A DNA stretch of 62,057 nucleotides from an uncultured Gammaproteobacteria bacterium (GCA_964425075.1 CAYRKM010000002.1:1-62057); one strand, 5' to 3'. Counted from the first letter of the stretch, positions 29,267 to 37,668 are shown. Notes: generated by a model not told the origin, from the sequence alone. Program-made: numbers and translations.

Positions 29267-31096
29267 TTAATTGCGGGACATTACTTTCCTTTGCGTAGCT
29301 GAAAGAAACTTTTTTCTAATCCTAACATTTTCTGGCGTTGCTTCTAAAAGCTCGTCTGCATTTATAAAGTCCAATGCTTGCTCCAAACTCATGGTTGTCG
29401 GTGTATCCAACTGAACAGCCATATCAGCAGTTGATGAACGAACATTTGTTTGTTTCTTTCCTTTTGTAACATTTATTTCCATGTCCTTATCCCTCGTTGA
29501 AACCCCAATAATCATGCCTTCATACACGGGGGTTCCGGGTTTGATAAATAGTGTTCCTCTTTCTTGTGCGTTTTCCAATCCGTAAGACAAAGCTGTACCG
29601 GTATCAAAGGAGATTAAAACTCCAGGGCGAGCATCCTCAACGGAAGCTTGTTCTTTCGGAAAGTAACCCAAGAAAAACGTATTTAGCTCAACGGTTCCAC
29701 GAGTTTTGGTTAATAGTATATTTCTAATACCCAAAAGGTTTCTACTTGATACTTTATAAACAAAGCGGGTAATCTCATTTGGCTCCTGAGTCATATCTAT
29801 CATTACGGCCTTTCGTTTTGCAAATTCCTCACTTATCGCTCCAATGTAATCTTTCCCGACATCTATTGTAACTTCCTCAAATGGCTCTGAAAGAACACCA
29901 TCAATAGCTTTATAAATAACTTGAGGTTTTGAAACTTCAATTTCAAAACCCTCTCTTCTCATAGTTTCAATAAGAACAGCTAAATGAAGCTCTCCACGTC
30001 CTGAGACTGCAAAATTTGATGAAGCATCATCTTGTTCAATTTTAAGGCCTAAATTAGTTTCTTTTTCTTTCAAAAGTCTATCCTTAATTTGCGAAGAACT
30101 AAATAACTTTCCTTCTTTTCCTAAAAATGGGCTTGTATTGGGCCCAATTGTGATTCTAATCGTAGGTTCATCTACATGTATTTGAGGAAGACTAACTGGG
30201 TGAGCAGGATCAGTTACAGTCTGTCCAATTGTAAGTTGTGGAATTCCAGCTATAGCTACAATATCTCCAGCACTGACCTCCTCAGTCTCAATTCTATTTA
30301 AGCCTTTACTTGTAAATAATTTCTGAACTCTAGATGTACCAACAACTTTATCCTCATCAACCAGTGATGCCATTTCACCTTTCTTAAGAGTTCCCTGGTT
30401 AACTCTGCCGATGCAGATTTTGCCTACATGTGGGTCACTATCTAGTGTTGAAATAAGCATTTGAAATGGTTTGTCTTCATCTCTTACGCTATTTGGAATT
30501 TCTTTAACAATTGTTTCGAAGAAGGGAGTAAGATCACCTGGCGTTTCTTGAGTGTAGCTAGACGGTAATTCATAAAAAACCTTCCCATCTCGCCCAACAG
30601 AATATAGAGTTATAAAATTCAAAGCGTCATCATCTTCTGCAAGTTCTAGGAAAAGATTTCCAACCTCATGAACAATTTGTTCTGGTCGAGCGTCTTTTTT
30701 GTCAATCTTGTTAATTAGCAAAATAATTTTTAATTTTTTCTCAAGAGCTTTTTTAAGCACAAATTTAGTTTGGGGGAGTGGACCTTCAGCGCTATCTACA
30801 AGAAGTATTGCGCCATCTGCCATGTTAAGGACTCTTTCAACTTCGCCTCCAAAGTCAGCATGTCCAGGCGTATCTATGATATTAATTTTTGTATCTTCAA
30901 AAAGAACAGCGGTATTTTTTGAAAGAATGGTAATCCCTTTTTCTTTTTCAAGATCATTTGAGTCCATGATAAGGACCTCATCCATTTCTCTTTGATTGTC
31001 TCTAAAGGTATGAGTTTGTTTCAGCATTGAGTCCACAAGAGTAGTTTTCCCGTGGTCAACGTGGGCAATAATAGCGATGTTACGTATATTATTCAT
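29267..31096 (-). CDS. typA: translational GTPase TypA/BipA
   Basis: G1 AHVDHGKTT, G3 DTPGHADFGGE, G4 NKIDK. 609 aa with an EF-G-like domain order. Confidence 0.96.
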   Translation of the reverse strand: MNNIRNIAIIAHVDHGKTTLVDSMLKQTHTFRDNQREMDEVLIMDSNDLEKEKGITILSKNTAVLFEDTKINIIDTPGHADFGGEVERVLNMADGAILLVDSAEGPLPQTKFVLKKALEKKLKIILLINKIDKKDARPEQIVHEVGNLFLELAEDDDALNFITLYSVGRDGKVFYELPSSYTQETPGDLTPFFETIVKEIPNSVRDEDKPFQMLISTLDSDPHVGKICIGRVNQGTLKKGEMASLVDEDKVVGTSRVQKLFTSKGLNRIETEEVSAGDIVAIAGIPQLTIGQTVTDPAHPVSLPQIHVDEPTIRITIGPNTSPFLGKEGKLFSSSQIKDRLLKEKETNLGLKIEQDDASSNFAVSGRGELHLAVLIETMRREGFEIEVSKPQVIYKAIDGVLSEPFEEVTIDVGKDYIGAISEEFAKRKAVMIDMTQEPNEITRFVYKVSSRNLLGIRNILLTKTRGTVELNTFFLGYFPKEQASVEDARPGVLISFDTGTALSYGLENAQERGTLFIKPGTPVYEGMIIGVSTRDKDMEINVTKGKKQTNVRSSTADMAVQLDTPTTMSLEQALDFINADELLEATPENVRIRKKFLSATQRKVMSRN

Positions 31097-31232
31097 AATT
31101 TTTAGTGATTATATGAGCGACTGCGAAATATGATGGCTTTAAGTCAAAAAAAGAACACGCAGGCAATACGTGTCCCATAGTGAGCTTATTATACCAAAGT
31201 GTAGGCAAAAAAGATATAAACAGCATTTTGCC

Positions 31233-31241
31233 TGTTATAAT
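31233..31241 (+). promoter_or_regulatory. extended -10 (TGTTATAAT), 6 nt upstream of the greA ATG
   Basis: TGTTATAAT-ttgaac-ATG. There is no SD sequence. Confidence 0.45.
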
Positions 31242-31247
31242 TTGAAC

Positions 31248-31715
31248 ATGAAACAACTCAAAAGAATTCCTTTTACAAAGGAGGGTCTTGAAAATGTTAA
31301 GAAAGAGCTGGAGGATCTCAAAAAAGCGCGCCCTGAAGCTGTTTTGAAGCTTGCTGAAGCGCGTGGCATGGGAGATCTATCTGAGAATGGGCTGTACACG
31401 GCTGCAAAAGCACGTCTCCGGTCGATGGACTCACGAATTTTTCAACTTACCATGCAGATTAAACTTTCGGATGTAATCAATTCAAACACTAATTCTGTGG
31501 GGATAGGGACCTCGGTTGAAACAGAGGCTGAGGGTAAGGCAAGAGTTTTTCATATAGTTGGGGATTACGAAGCAAATCCTCTTGAAGGTAAAATATCTCA
31601 GCACTCACCCATAGGCAGGGCATTGATGGGAAAGAGAGTGGGAGAAAGTGCAGTAGTAGAAACACCCAAGGGCAAAAATATTTATAAAGTTGTCAAAATT
31701 AGTATTTCAAACTAG
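31248..31715 (+). CDS. greA: transcription elongation factor GreA
   Basis: MKQLKRIPFTKEGLENVKKELEDLKK...GDLSENGLY (coiled-coil tip acidic residues) plus a C-terminal FKBP-like domain (ISQHSPIGRALMGKRVGE). The track start at 31170 adds a non-homologous extension. Confidence 0.9.
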   Translation: MKQLKRIPFTKEGLENVKKELEDLKKARPEAVLKLAEARGMGDLSENGLYTAAKARLRSMDSRIFQLTMQIKLSDVINSNTNSVGIGTSVETEAEGKARVFHIVGDYEANPLEGKISQHSPIGRALMGKRVGESAVVETPKGKNIYKVVKISISN

Positions 31716-31751
31716 CTTCAGGCAAGGGTGGCTCCAGAGGGAATGTGGGGT

Positions 31752-32369
31752 TTAAGAATTAGAAAGATTTAACTCAGCTCTTAAGCCCTCAACTGTCTTT
31801 GCAAGATTTCCAGTTTCGTCTGGTAAATAATCGTGTAAACCTTCATGAAATGCGACTATCATTCTTTTTGCATAGGGCGTAGCCGGACAATAACCGATAA
31901 CTCTTCTTCCGTCTGTTGTATCAGCAACTGGCACTTCAAAAATTAGCTGCCAATCAGGAACTGTGGCAAGCCCTTTCATATTGTCCTTGAGTGTATCAGC
32001 TCCACCATTTATTAGCGAAAAAGGATTAGTTTCAGACCATTCACCAGTTTGAGGACCATATTTTTTTATCATGATAAGCTCACATGTAGCTCTAATCAAC
32101 TCCCATGCATCAAGATTGAGATGGGTGTAATTAACCAGTAAATTCTCATATACTTCTCTAATGACTTTGGGGTCGAAAAATCCCTCTAGCATGGGGAGTT
32201 CACGTTGAATTATCGCGATTGCTTCATCGCTGACTGGTACATTTGGGTCCTCAGGGTTTTTGGCTTGTGACACGATTACTACTTTTTTACCATCATGCCT
32301 TACGTGTCTTCCGAAAAGGCTGTAAACTTCATCTTCAAGAGTATTTCTAGCCATTTCGGAATTATACAT
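31752..32369 (-). CDS. hypothetical protein (205 aa, no recognisable family)
   Basis: Long ORF with ordinary composition, preceded by the left copy of a 16-nt identical motif containing a TATAGT -10-like hexamer. Confidence 0.6.
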   Translation of the reverse strand: MYNSEMARNTLEDEVYSLFGRHVRHDGKKVVIVSQAKNPEDPNVPVSDEAIAIIQRELPMLEGFFDPKVIREVYENLLVNYTHLNLDAWELIRATCELIMIKKYGPQTGEWSETNPFSLINGGADTLKDNMKGLATVPDWQLIFEVPVADTTDGRRVIGYCPATPYAKRMIVAFHEGLHDYLPDETGNLAKTVEGLRAELNLSNS

Positions 32370-32380
32370 AAGACCTTAAG

Positions 32381-32406
32381 AATAGTCAAACTATAAGATG
32401 CGTGAC
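32381..32406. repeat. direct repeat, left copy (AATAGTCAAACTATAAGATGCGTGAC)
   Basis: A 16-nt identical core (GTCAAACTATAAGATG, 32385..32400) plus similar flanks, matching 33371..33397. Confidence 0.75.
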
Positions 32407-32541
32407 TCCAACGACTTTGACTTCATACACTTCTTGAGAGAATACTACGTTTTAAACCAAATTCTTAACTGTTTTTGAAAAATTAAAACACTTCAGATTT
32501 ACCAGTTGTAAATAAATATATAAAAAATACAATGATTTTAT

Positions 32542-32946
32542 ATGACACCTGTAAGACAAGAAGATGATTTTGGTTGTGCAGTTGCCTGCGTAGCATTCAT
32601 TTTACATATTGCTTATCGGGATGCTTTAACACTATTTAGAGATGGAAAAAGGAGAGCGAAAAGAGAAGCAAATTTCTATTGTCCGGAAATCGTTGAAATA
32701 TTAGGCAAACAAGGATTAATCTATTCTTGGGAAAGGATCTACGAAAACAAAGAGGAGTTTGAGGAAAACTCAATAGTTTTTATAGAAAGATGCAAAACGC
32801 ATCGTTACGGACATTTCTTATGCAGACATGACAATCAATGGATGGACCCATGGATAAATTTACCAAAAATGCCTATTAGGGCAGGATTTCGTAGTTCTCT
32901 ACCGAGCAAACCTACTTATCAAATATTTCCACTGATTTCACCCTAA
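32542..32946 (+). CDS. stand-alone papain-like cysteine peptidase, C39-like
   Basis: N-terminal Q-x5-C arrangement (RQEDDFGCAVACVAFIL), then GHFLC and MDPW, consistent with a Q/C/H/D C39-type catalytic set. 134 aa with no fused ABC transporter. Confidence 0.6.
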   Translation: MTPVRQEDDFGCAVACVAFILHIAYRDALTLFRDGKRRAKREANFYCPEIVEILGKQGLIYSWERIYENKEEFEENSIVFIERCKTHRYGHFLCRHDNQWMDPWINLPKMPIRAGFRSSLPSKPTYQIFPLISP

Positions 32947-33341
32947 ACAATTTCAAATCCAGCTACTGATTCTTTTGGTAGATTATCACCTTTCCTAAGT
33001 ATTCTCATGCTGCCGATGTATGGAATACTAGCATGAATAGTCCCATCAGGATTTTCCGTAAAAGTACTATAGCTTAAATTAAAAGATCCCATCAAGTGGC
33101 CCATATCAGGATCTTCGGGCTCATTATGCTTTACCCAACGACCTGTTAAAAATACTGCAGCCCATTCTACGTAAACGCTCGCAATTTTATATGAATTACC
33201 TTCACCATCTACATACTCTTGAATAGAAATTCTTTTAATAGGACCTCTATATTGAGCTCCAGTTTCGGTTTGTTCTAGGTCCCGCGAGATCATATTTCTT
33301 AAATCAATTTCGCGCGGCCTATTCTCTTCAGGACTTACCAT
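32943..33341 (-). CDS. hypothetical protein (132 aa, beta-rich, no recognisable family)
   Basis: The ORF converges on the peptidase gene with a 4-nt overlap. It is preceded by the right copy of the 16-nt motif. Confidence 0.55.
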   Translation of the reverse strand: MVSPEENRPREIDLRNMISRDLEQTETGAQYRGPIKRISIQEYVDGEGNSYKIASVYVEWAAVFLTGRWVKHNEPEDPDMGHLMGSFNLSYSTFTENPDGTIHASIPYIGSMRILRKGDNLPKESVAGFEIV

Positions 33342-33370
33342 GATGCACAGATTTTAGCTCAAAAGCAGAG

Positions 33371-33397
33371 GAATGTCAAACTATAAGATGAAGTGAC
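33371..33397. repeat. direct repeat, right copy (GAATGTCAAACTATAAGATGAAGTGAC), abutting or overlapping the tRNA-Glu 3' end
   Basis: The 16-nt core at 33375..33390 is identical to 32385..32400. The last 4 nt of the repeat are the tRNA-Glu 3' terminus. Confidence 0.75.
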
Positions 33398-33467
33398 CCC
33401 AGCGGGAATCGAACCCGCGATTTTCGGGATGAAAGCCCGACGTCCTAGGCCGCTAGACGATGGGGCC
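33394..33467 (-). tRNA. tRNA-Glu (TTC)
   Basis: The reverse complement folds as acceptor GGCCCCA/TGGGGTC, anticodon stem TCGGG/CCCGA with loop CTTTCAT, and T-loop TTCGATT. Confidence 0.9.
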
Positions 33468-33622
33468 GCATAAGAACTTCACAATTATACTCAAAAAGGT
33501 TTTTTTTCTCAAATAGCAGGTTGGGAATACTATTTGCTAACTGTAGGCACAATTTGGTAAAATTGGGTTTGGTTCAAATGAGTGTTTTGTTAAGGAACGA
33601 ACAATCTGCTTTTTGGACCAAT

Positions 33623-33694
33623 GGTCCGGTAGCTCAATGGTAGAGCAAAAGCCTTTTAAGCTTTGGGTTCAGGGTTCGAGTCCCTGCCGGATCA
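33623..33694 (+). tRNA. tRNA-Lys (TTT)
   Basis: Acceptor GGTCCGG/CCGGATC, anticodon stem AAAGC/GCTTT with loop CTTTTAA, T-arm CAGGG-TTCGAGT-CCCTG. Confidence 0.9.
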
Positions 33695-33721
33695 CAAACT
33701 AAACGTTTAGTTTAAAAAAGA

Positions 33722-34042
33722 ATGAATTTAAAAAGCTTGTTATTCTACTTCGTTTATCTAATCCCTTCATCAATTATTGTTCTTTGTATTTGGTATTTTC
33801 TCGTTGACGGAAGTTTATATTATTGTTCGGATAAGGCTCCTTTTATTGATTTCATTCCGCCTTTTATTCATAAAGGTTATGGGGACTACTTTATTGCTCC
33901 ACAATTGCTTGTTTATTCTATTTGGATTAGCCTTATCATGATAGGGCTTGGCATTCCACTGTTTTTAACCAAGAAGACATTGCGAGAACTCATTTCTCAA
34001 TCCTCTTCAAAAGCTCATAAACCCGAAAAGCGTGGGAAATGA
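33722..34042 (+). CDS. small hypothetical membrane protein (two or three TM)
   Basis: Hydrophobic segments LLFYFVYLIPSSIIVLCIWYFLV and LLVYSIWISLIMIGLGIPLFL, with a basic C-terminal tail. Confidence 0.5.
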   Translation: MNLKSLLFYFVYLIPSSIIVLCIWYFLVDGSLYYCSDKAPFIDFIPPFIHKGYGDYFIAPQLLVYSIWISLIMIGLGIPLFLTKKTLRELISQSSSKAHKPEKRGK

Positions 34043-34145
34043 TTGGTTCCAAAATTGTCTCGGGTAGTTCACAAACTAAAGTTACCCGCAAATTCGCTAT
34101 TTCAAGCAGAAAAAGCTATAATGATCTCCGTGCTACTTAATTTTT

Positions 34146-34175
34146 AATTCTTCCTAACTTAAGAATTTCTTTTTT
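34146..34175 (+). terminator. possible weak intrinsic terminator
   Basis: AATTCTT-N8-AAGAATT followed by TCTTTTTTC. The stem is almost all A/T, so support is limited. Confidence 0.3.
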
Positions 34176-34222
34176 CTCCGCACTTTACAAAAATACTAGT
34201 AATTTATTTTAAGTAAATCTTT

Positions 34223-35242
34223 ATGAAAAAAATAACCAAAGACAAAAATATTGGGCCCTCAAGTCTTTTGATTCTTAATGAAGCTGAAAAAAGGGGAATA
34301 GAGGTTGAAATGATTGTTAAGGAAAAGGGACTTTTCAAACTCCACTATGGCGATAAAACAATTTTCTGTAACCGCTCTCTTACAGAATACACTTCTGTTA
34401 TTGCAGCTGAAGTATGTTTGGATAAAAGACTTACAAGTCTTATTTTAAAAAAAGCCGGAATTAACGTTCCAAACCAAACTTTAGCTAAGGATCTGGAAGA
34501 CAATAGGAAGTTTTTTAACAAATACAAAAAAGTAGTAACAAAACCTTTAAGTGAATCGCTTGGAAGAGGAGTAAGTGTTGACATAAGAACATTTGCCGAG
34601 ATGGAAAAAACCATTAAGAAATTAAAAATTAGCGGTGACGAGAGTGTATTGATTGAAGAATTTGTAGAAGGTGAAGATTTGAGAATACTTGTAATTAATT
34701 ATAAATTCATAGCTGCAATTCACAGATCTTTACCAACTATAACAGGCAATGGAAAAAGCTCAGTTCTTAAATTAATCGCGGATTTAAACACGAAAAAACC
34801 CTCAAATAATCAAATTCCCATTAATTATGAAACTGAACGTTGTATTAAGCTCTCGGGATACAAAAAAAATGACATTCTACCGCTTAGCGTAACAATACCT
34901 ATCCGCAAGAATACTAACGAGCACACCGGGGGGATTCCAGTAGACGTAACAGACCAAGTAAATTTTAAGCTTCAAAAAATTGCAGAAAAAGTTGCAAAAA
35001 CTATAGGAATTCCAGTAGTGGGAATTGATTTTCTAGTACCTAAAATTAATGGAAAGAAATACTCAGTCATAGAAGCGAATGGCAGACCAGGATTGGATGG
35101 ACACGAACCTCAACCGGTCGCTGAGAAATTTATTGATTTCTTATTTCCTGAAACAATTTCAATATCACCATTTTCTCAACCTCCCGTTACCGTTTTTGTT
35201 CCACACACTTTAATCAGTCCAAAAAATATTCAAGCAAATTAG
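34223..35242 (+). CDS. stand-alone ATP-grasp ligase resembling the N-terminal ATP-grasp module of cyanophycin synthetase / RimK-like enzymes
   Basis: KRLTSLILKKAGINVP, VVTKPLSESLGRGV, EEFVEGEDLRILVI, TNEHTGGIPVDVTDQV and SVIEANGRPGL follow the CphA-type ATP-grasp pattern. Confidence 0.65.
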   Translation: MKKITKDKNIGPSSLLILNEAEKRGIEVEMIVKEKGLFKLHYGDKTIFCNRSLTEYTSVIAAEVCLDKRLTSLILKKAGINVPNQTLAKDLEDNRKFFNKYKKVVTKPLSESLGRGVSVDIRTFAEMEKTIKKLKISGDESVLIEEFVEGEDLRILVINYKFIAAIHRSLPTITGNGKSSVLKLIADLNTKKPSNNQIPINYETERCIKLSGYKKNDILPLSVTIPIRKNTNEHTGGIPVDVTDQVNFKLQKIAEKVAKTIGIPVVGIDFLVPKINGKKYSVIEANGRPGLDGHEPQPVAEKFIDFLFPETISISPFSQPPVTVFVPHTLISPKNIQAN

Positions 35243-36195
35243 TTTACTGAAAGAATTTTTCTTGACTCCTCAATAGAACTGGTTTCCATTATTTTATCTC
35301 GTAGCTCACTTGCACCATCAAATCCCTGAATATAAATCTTAAAAAATCTTTTAAGTGGAGGGTAAGACCTTTTATCTTCAGTTCCCCATGTTTCCTCAAA
35401 CAAATTCAAATGTTTTCTTAAGAGCTCAATCTTGTCTTCTTTTGGCATAATCTTATAATCCACTTTTTCGTTAAAAACATACGGATTTTGAAAAACTCCA
35501 CGTCCTATCATAATTCCGTCTATGTTATACCTCTTTGCGAGCATTACTCCCTGTTTTTTAGTCAAAACATCACCATTTCCTATAATAATTGTTTTGGGGG
35601 ACAATTTATTTCGAAGTTTTACTACTTTTTCAGCTTCTTCCCAATGAGCAGGGACCTTTGACATTTCCTTTTGCGTTCGAAAATGCACAGTTAATGCATC
35701 TAAATCTCGCTGGAGTAAAAAACCAATCCATTCCTCTGTTGCAATTGTTTTAAATCCTATTCTTGTCTTTACTGAAACGGGCAAATTACCCGCACCTTTT
35801 TTGGTTGCCTCAATTATTTCTTTTGCAAGCTCTTTGTTTTGAATAAGAGCAGAGCATGCACCGTGTCTTACCACGGTTCTTTCAGGACAACCCATGTTAA
35901 TATCTATTCCATCAAACCCCATCTCAACAAGTAACTTTGAAACTTTGAAGAAGGATTCTGGATTTGTTCCCCAAATTTGAGCAATTAGAGGCAGTTCTTT
36001 TTTTGTAAACCTAAGACTTTTTCCTACGTGTTTTCCGCCTTTTGATAGTAGACCCTCACAATTAGTAAATTCCGTAAAGAAAACATCTGGACGGCCACAA
36101 TCGGACACAATTTGACGAAAAACGGTGTCGGTCGCTCCCTCAAGCGGGGCAAGAGCAAAAAAGGGTTTTGGTAATTTATCCCAGGCAAAACTCAT
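35239..36195 (-). CDS. dus: tRNA-dihydrouridine synthase
   Basis: LAPLEGATDTVFR, DINMGCP, catalytic Cys context and IGNGDV motifs of the Dus TIM barrel. Confidence 0.92.
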   Translation of the reverse strand: MSFAWDKLPKPFFALAPLEGATDTVFRQIVSDCGRPDVFFTEFTNCEGLLSKGGKHVGKSLRFTKKELPLIAQIWGTNPESFFKVSKLLVEMGFDGIDINMGCPERTVVRHGACSALIQNKELAKEIIEATKKGAGNLPVSVKTRIGFKTIATEEWIGFLLQRDLDALTVHFRTQKEMSKVPAHWEEAEKVVKLRNKLSPKTIIIGNGDVLTKKQGVMLAKRYNIDGIMIGRGVFQNPYVFNEKVDYKIMPKEDKIELLRKHLNLFEETWGTEDKRSYPPLKRFFKIYIQGFDGASELRDKIMETSSIEESRKILSVN

Positions 36196-36201
36196 CTGGC
36201 T

Positions 36202-36231
36202 ATTATACCGTTATGTTTTCCCCCTTGACAA
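36202..36231 (-). promoter_or_regulatory. dus promoter: TTGTCA-N18-TATAAT, 6 nt from the ATG
   Basis: On the minus strand the -35 is 36231..36226 and the -10 is 36207..36202. The ATG is at 36195. Confidence 0.5.
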
Positions 36232-36263
36232 GAAAAAAACTATAGTGCTACGCTAATACCATA

Positions 36264-36431
36264 ATGAAGCGCGAATATCTTGCCCTTATACTTGTTCTGG
36301 TAGGCTTTATTATTTTCTTCTGGCCATTTTTTCAACAATTCGCTGATGAGACAAGTAGAATGACGGGTGCCATATTTGCTGTTGGTGGAGTTATCTTGTG
36401 GTATCTTCCAATCGGCTCAAAGAAGAAGTAA
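36264..36431 (+). CDS. possible 55-aa two-TM micro-protein (below the ORF-track cutoff)
   Basis: ATG..TAA translating to MKREYLALILVLVGFIIFFWPFFQQFADETSRMTGAIFAVGGVILWYLPIGSKKK. Two clean hydrophobic helices with positive ends. It fills an otherwise empty 300-nt gap. Confidence 0.35.
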   Translation: MKREYLALILVLVGFIIFFWPFFQQFADETSRMTGAIFAVGGVILWYLPIGSKKK

Positions 36432-36496
36432 TTTTCTTTTTTCAATTCCTGCTTTATTTGACCTTTTTAGCCTCAGAGAGTATTATAGTTAGTACC

Positions 36497-37636
36497 ATGA
36501 AAATGCTCCCATTCTTACTTCTTGTTGTTTTGTTTGGAATTAACGCTAATTTAGCTAACGCTATTTATAATCCGCTTGAAAAACCCAATAACATTCACGG
36601 AATTCACATTTTGTTCCCCTCAGAACTTCAAAAAGCATCAGAGCTAGTTAATTCAACCAATGGTGAGTGGGGATATATAACAATTCCCTTGCAAGTTGGA
36701 GACAGAGATCTTGTTAGATGGCAAACTTTTATGGATGAGTGCAAACGACTCAAGTTAATTCCAATCATTCGTCTTTCTACTGAGGGTGATTTTTCAAATA
36801 CAGCAGTTTGGCGAATTCCTACAGAGGAAGACATTCTTGATTCTGCTAACTTTCTAGATTCTCTAAATTGGCCGATAGAAAATCGGTATGTAATTGTTTT
36901 TAACGAAATGAATAGATTTGATGAATGGGGAGGAGAAACCCCTGACCCTAAGCGCTATGCAGACCTTTTGGAATACAGCATTGATGTTTTTAAAGCACGA
37001 AGTAATAATTTTTTTATGATTATGGGTGGGCTTGATAATTCAGCTCCGAATGATGGGGTCAAATATTTTGATAACTTTAAATACTTGAAAGATATTATTA
37101 GTTACAAGCCTGAACTATTTAATAAGATTGATGGTTTTTCCTCACACTCATATCCCAACCCTGGATTTTCTAGACCCCCAAGTAGCAATTTGGTTGAAGG
37201 GATTTCTACCTACAAATTTGAGTACGATTTGGTAAATAGCGTTACATCAAGAAAAATTCCGGTATTTATTACTGAAACTGGCTGGAGTAGTACAGCTGTG
37301 GGGGATGATAAGGTTGCTGAATACATTAAAACCTCTTATGAGACGATATGGGAAAAAGACAAGGATAAAATTGTTGCAGTTACTCCTTTTCTTTTAAATT
37401 CCCAGGGTGGACCATTTGATACATTCTCTTTTATAAAGAACGGTCAAGAAACCTCATACTATACTAGAACTAAAGAAATTAACAAAACAAAAGGATTACC
37501 CCTCTTTGAAGAGGTAAAGGGGGTGGCTGTAAGAAACACTGCAAGTATAAAAGAGCATGCTTTTAAAAAAGCTTTTCCAGAAGAAAAAGCTCTAACACAG
37601 AACTTAGTAATTGAATTTGTTAAAATTTTCTTTTAA
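36497..37636 (+). CDS. secreted clan GH-A (TIM-barrel) glycoside hydrolase-like protein
   Basis: Signal peptide MKMLPFLLLVVLFGINANLANA. Acid/base-type FNEMN and nucleophile-type FITETGW motifs sit at the spacing typical of clan A glycosidases. Confidence 0.5.
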   Translation: MKMLPFLLLVVLFGINANLANAIYNPLEKPNNIHGIHILFPSELQKASELVNSTNGEWGYITIPLQVGDRDLVRWQTFMDECKRLKLIPIIRLSTEGDFSNTAVWRIPTEEDILDSANFLDSLNWPIENRYVIVFNEMNRFDEWGGETPDPKRYADLLEYSIDVFKARSNNFFMIMGGLDNSAPNDGVKYFDNFKYLKDIISYKPELFNKIDGFSSHSYPNPGFSRPPSSNLVEGISTYKFEYDLVNSVTSRKIPVFITETGWSSTAVGDDKVAEYIKTSYETIWEKDKDKIVAVTPFLLNSQGGPFDTFSFIKNGQETSYYTRTKEINKTKGLPLFEEVKGVAVRNTASIKEHAFKKAFPEEKALTQNLVIEFVKIFF

Positions 37637-37668
37637 AAATCAATTGTTTTTTTAGTGTAAAATACTTT

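Noticed and set aside
33692-34080. The 12-nt direct repeat TCACAAACTAAA (33692..33703 and 34069..34080), as att-like ends of a mini-insertion at tRNA-Lys enclosing the 106-aa membrane protein gene.
   Set aside because: A 12-nt A/T-rich match is expected many times by chance in a 62-kb AT-rich sequence. Similarity does not extend beyond the 12-mer, and there is no recombinase.
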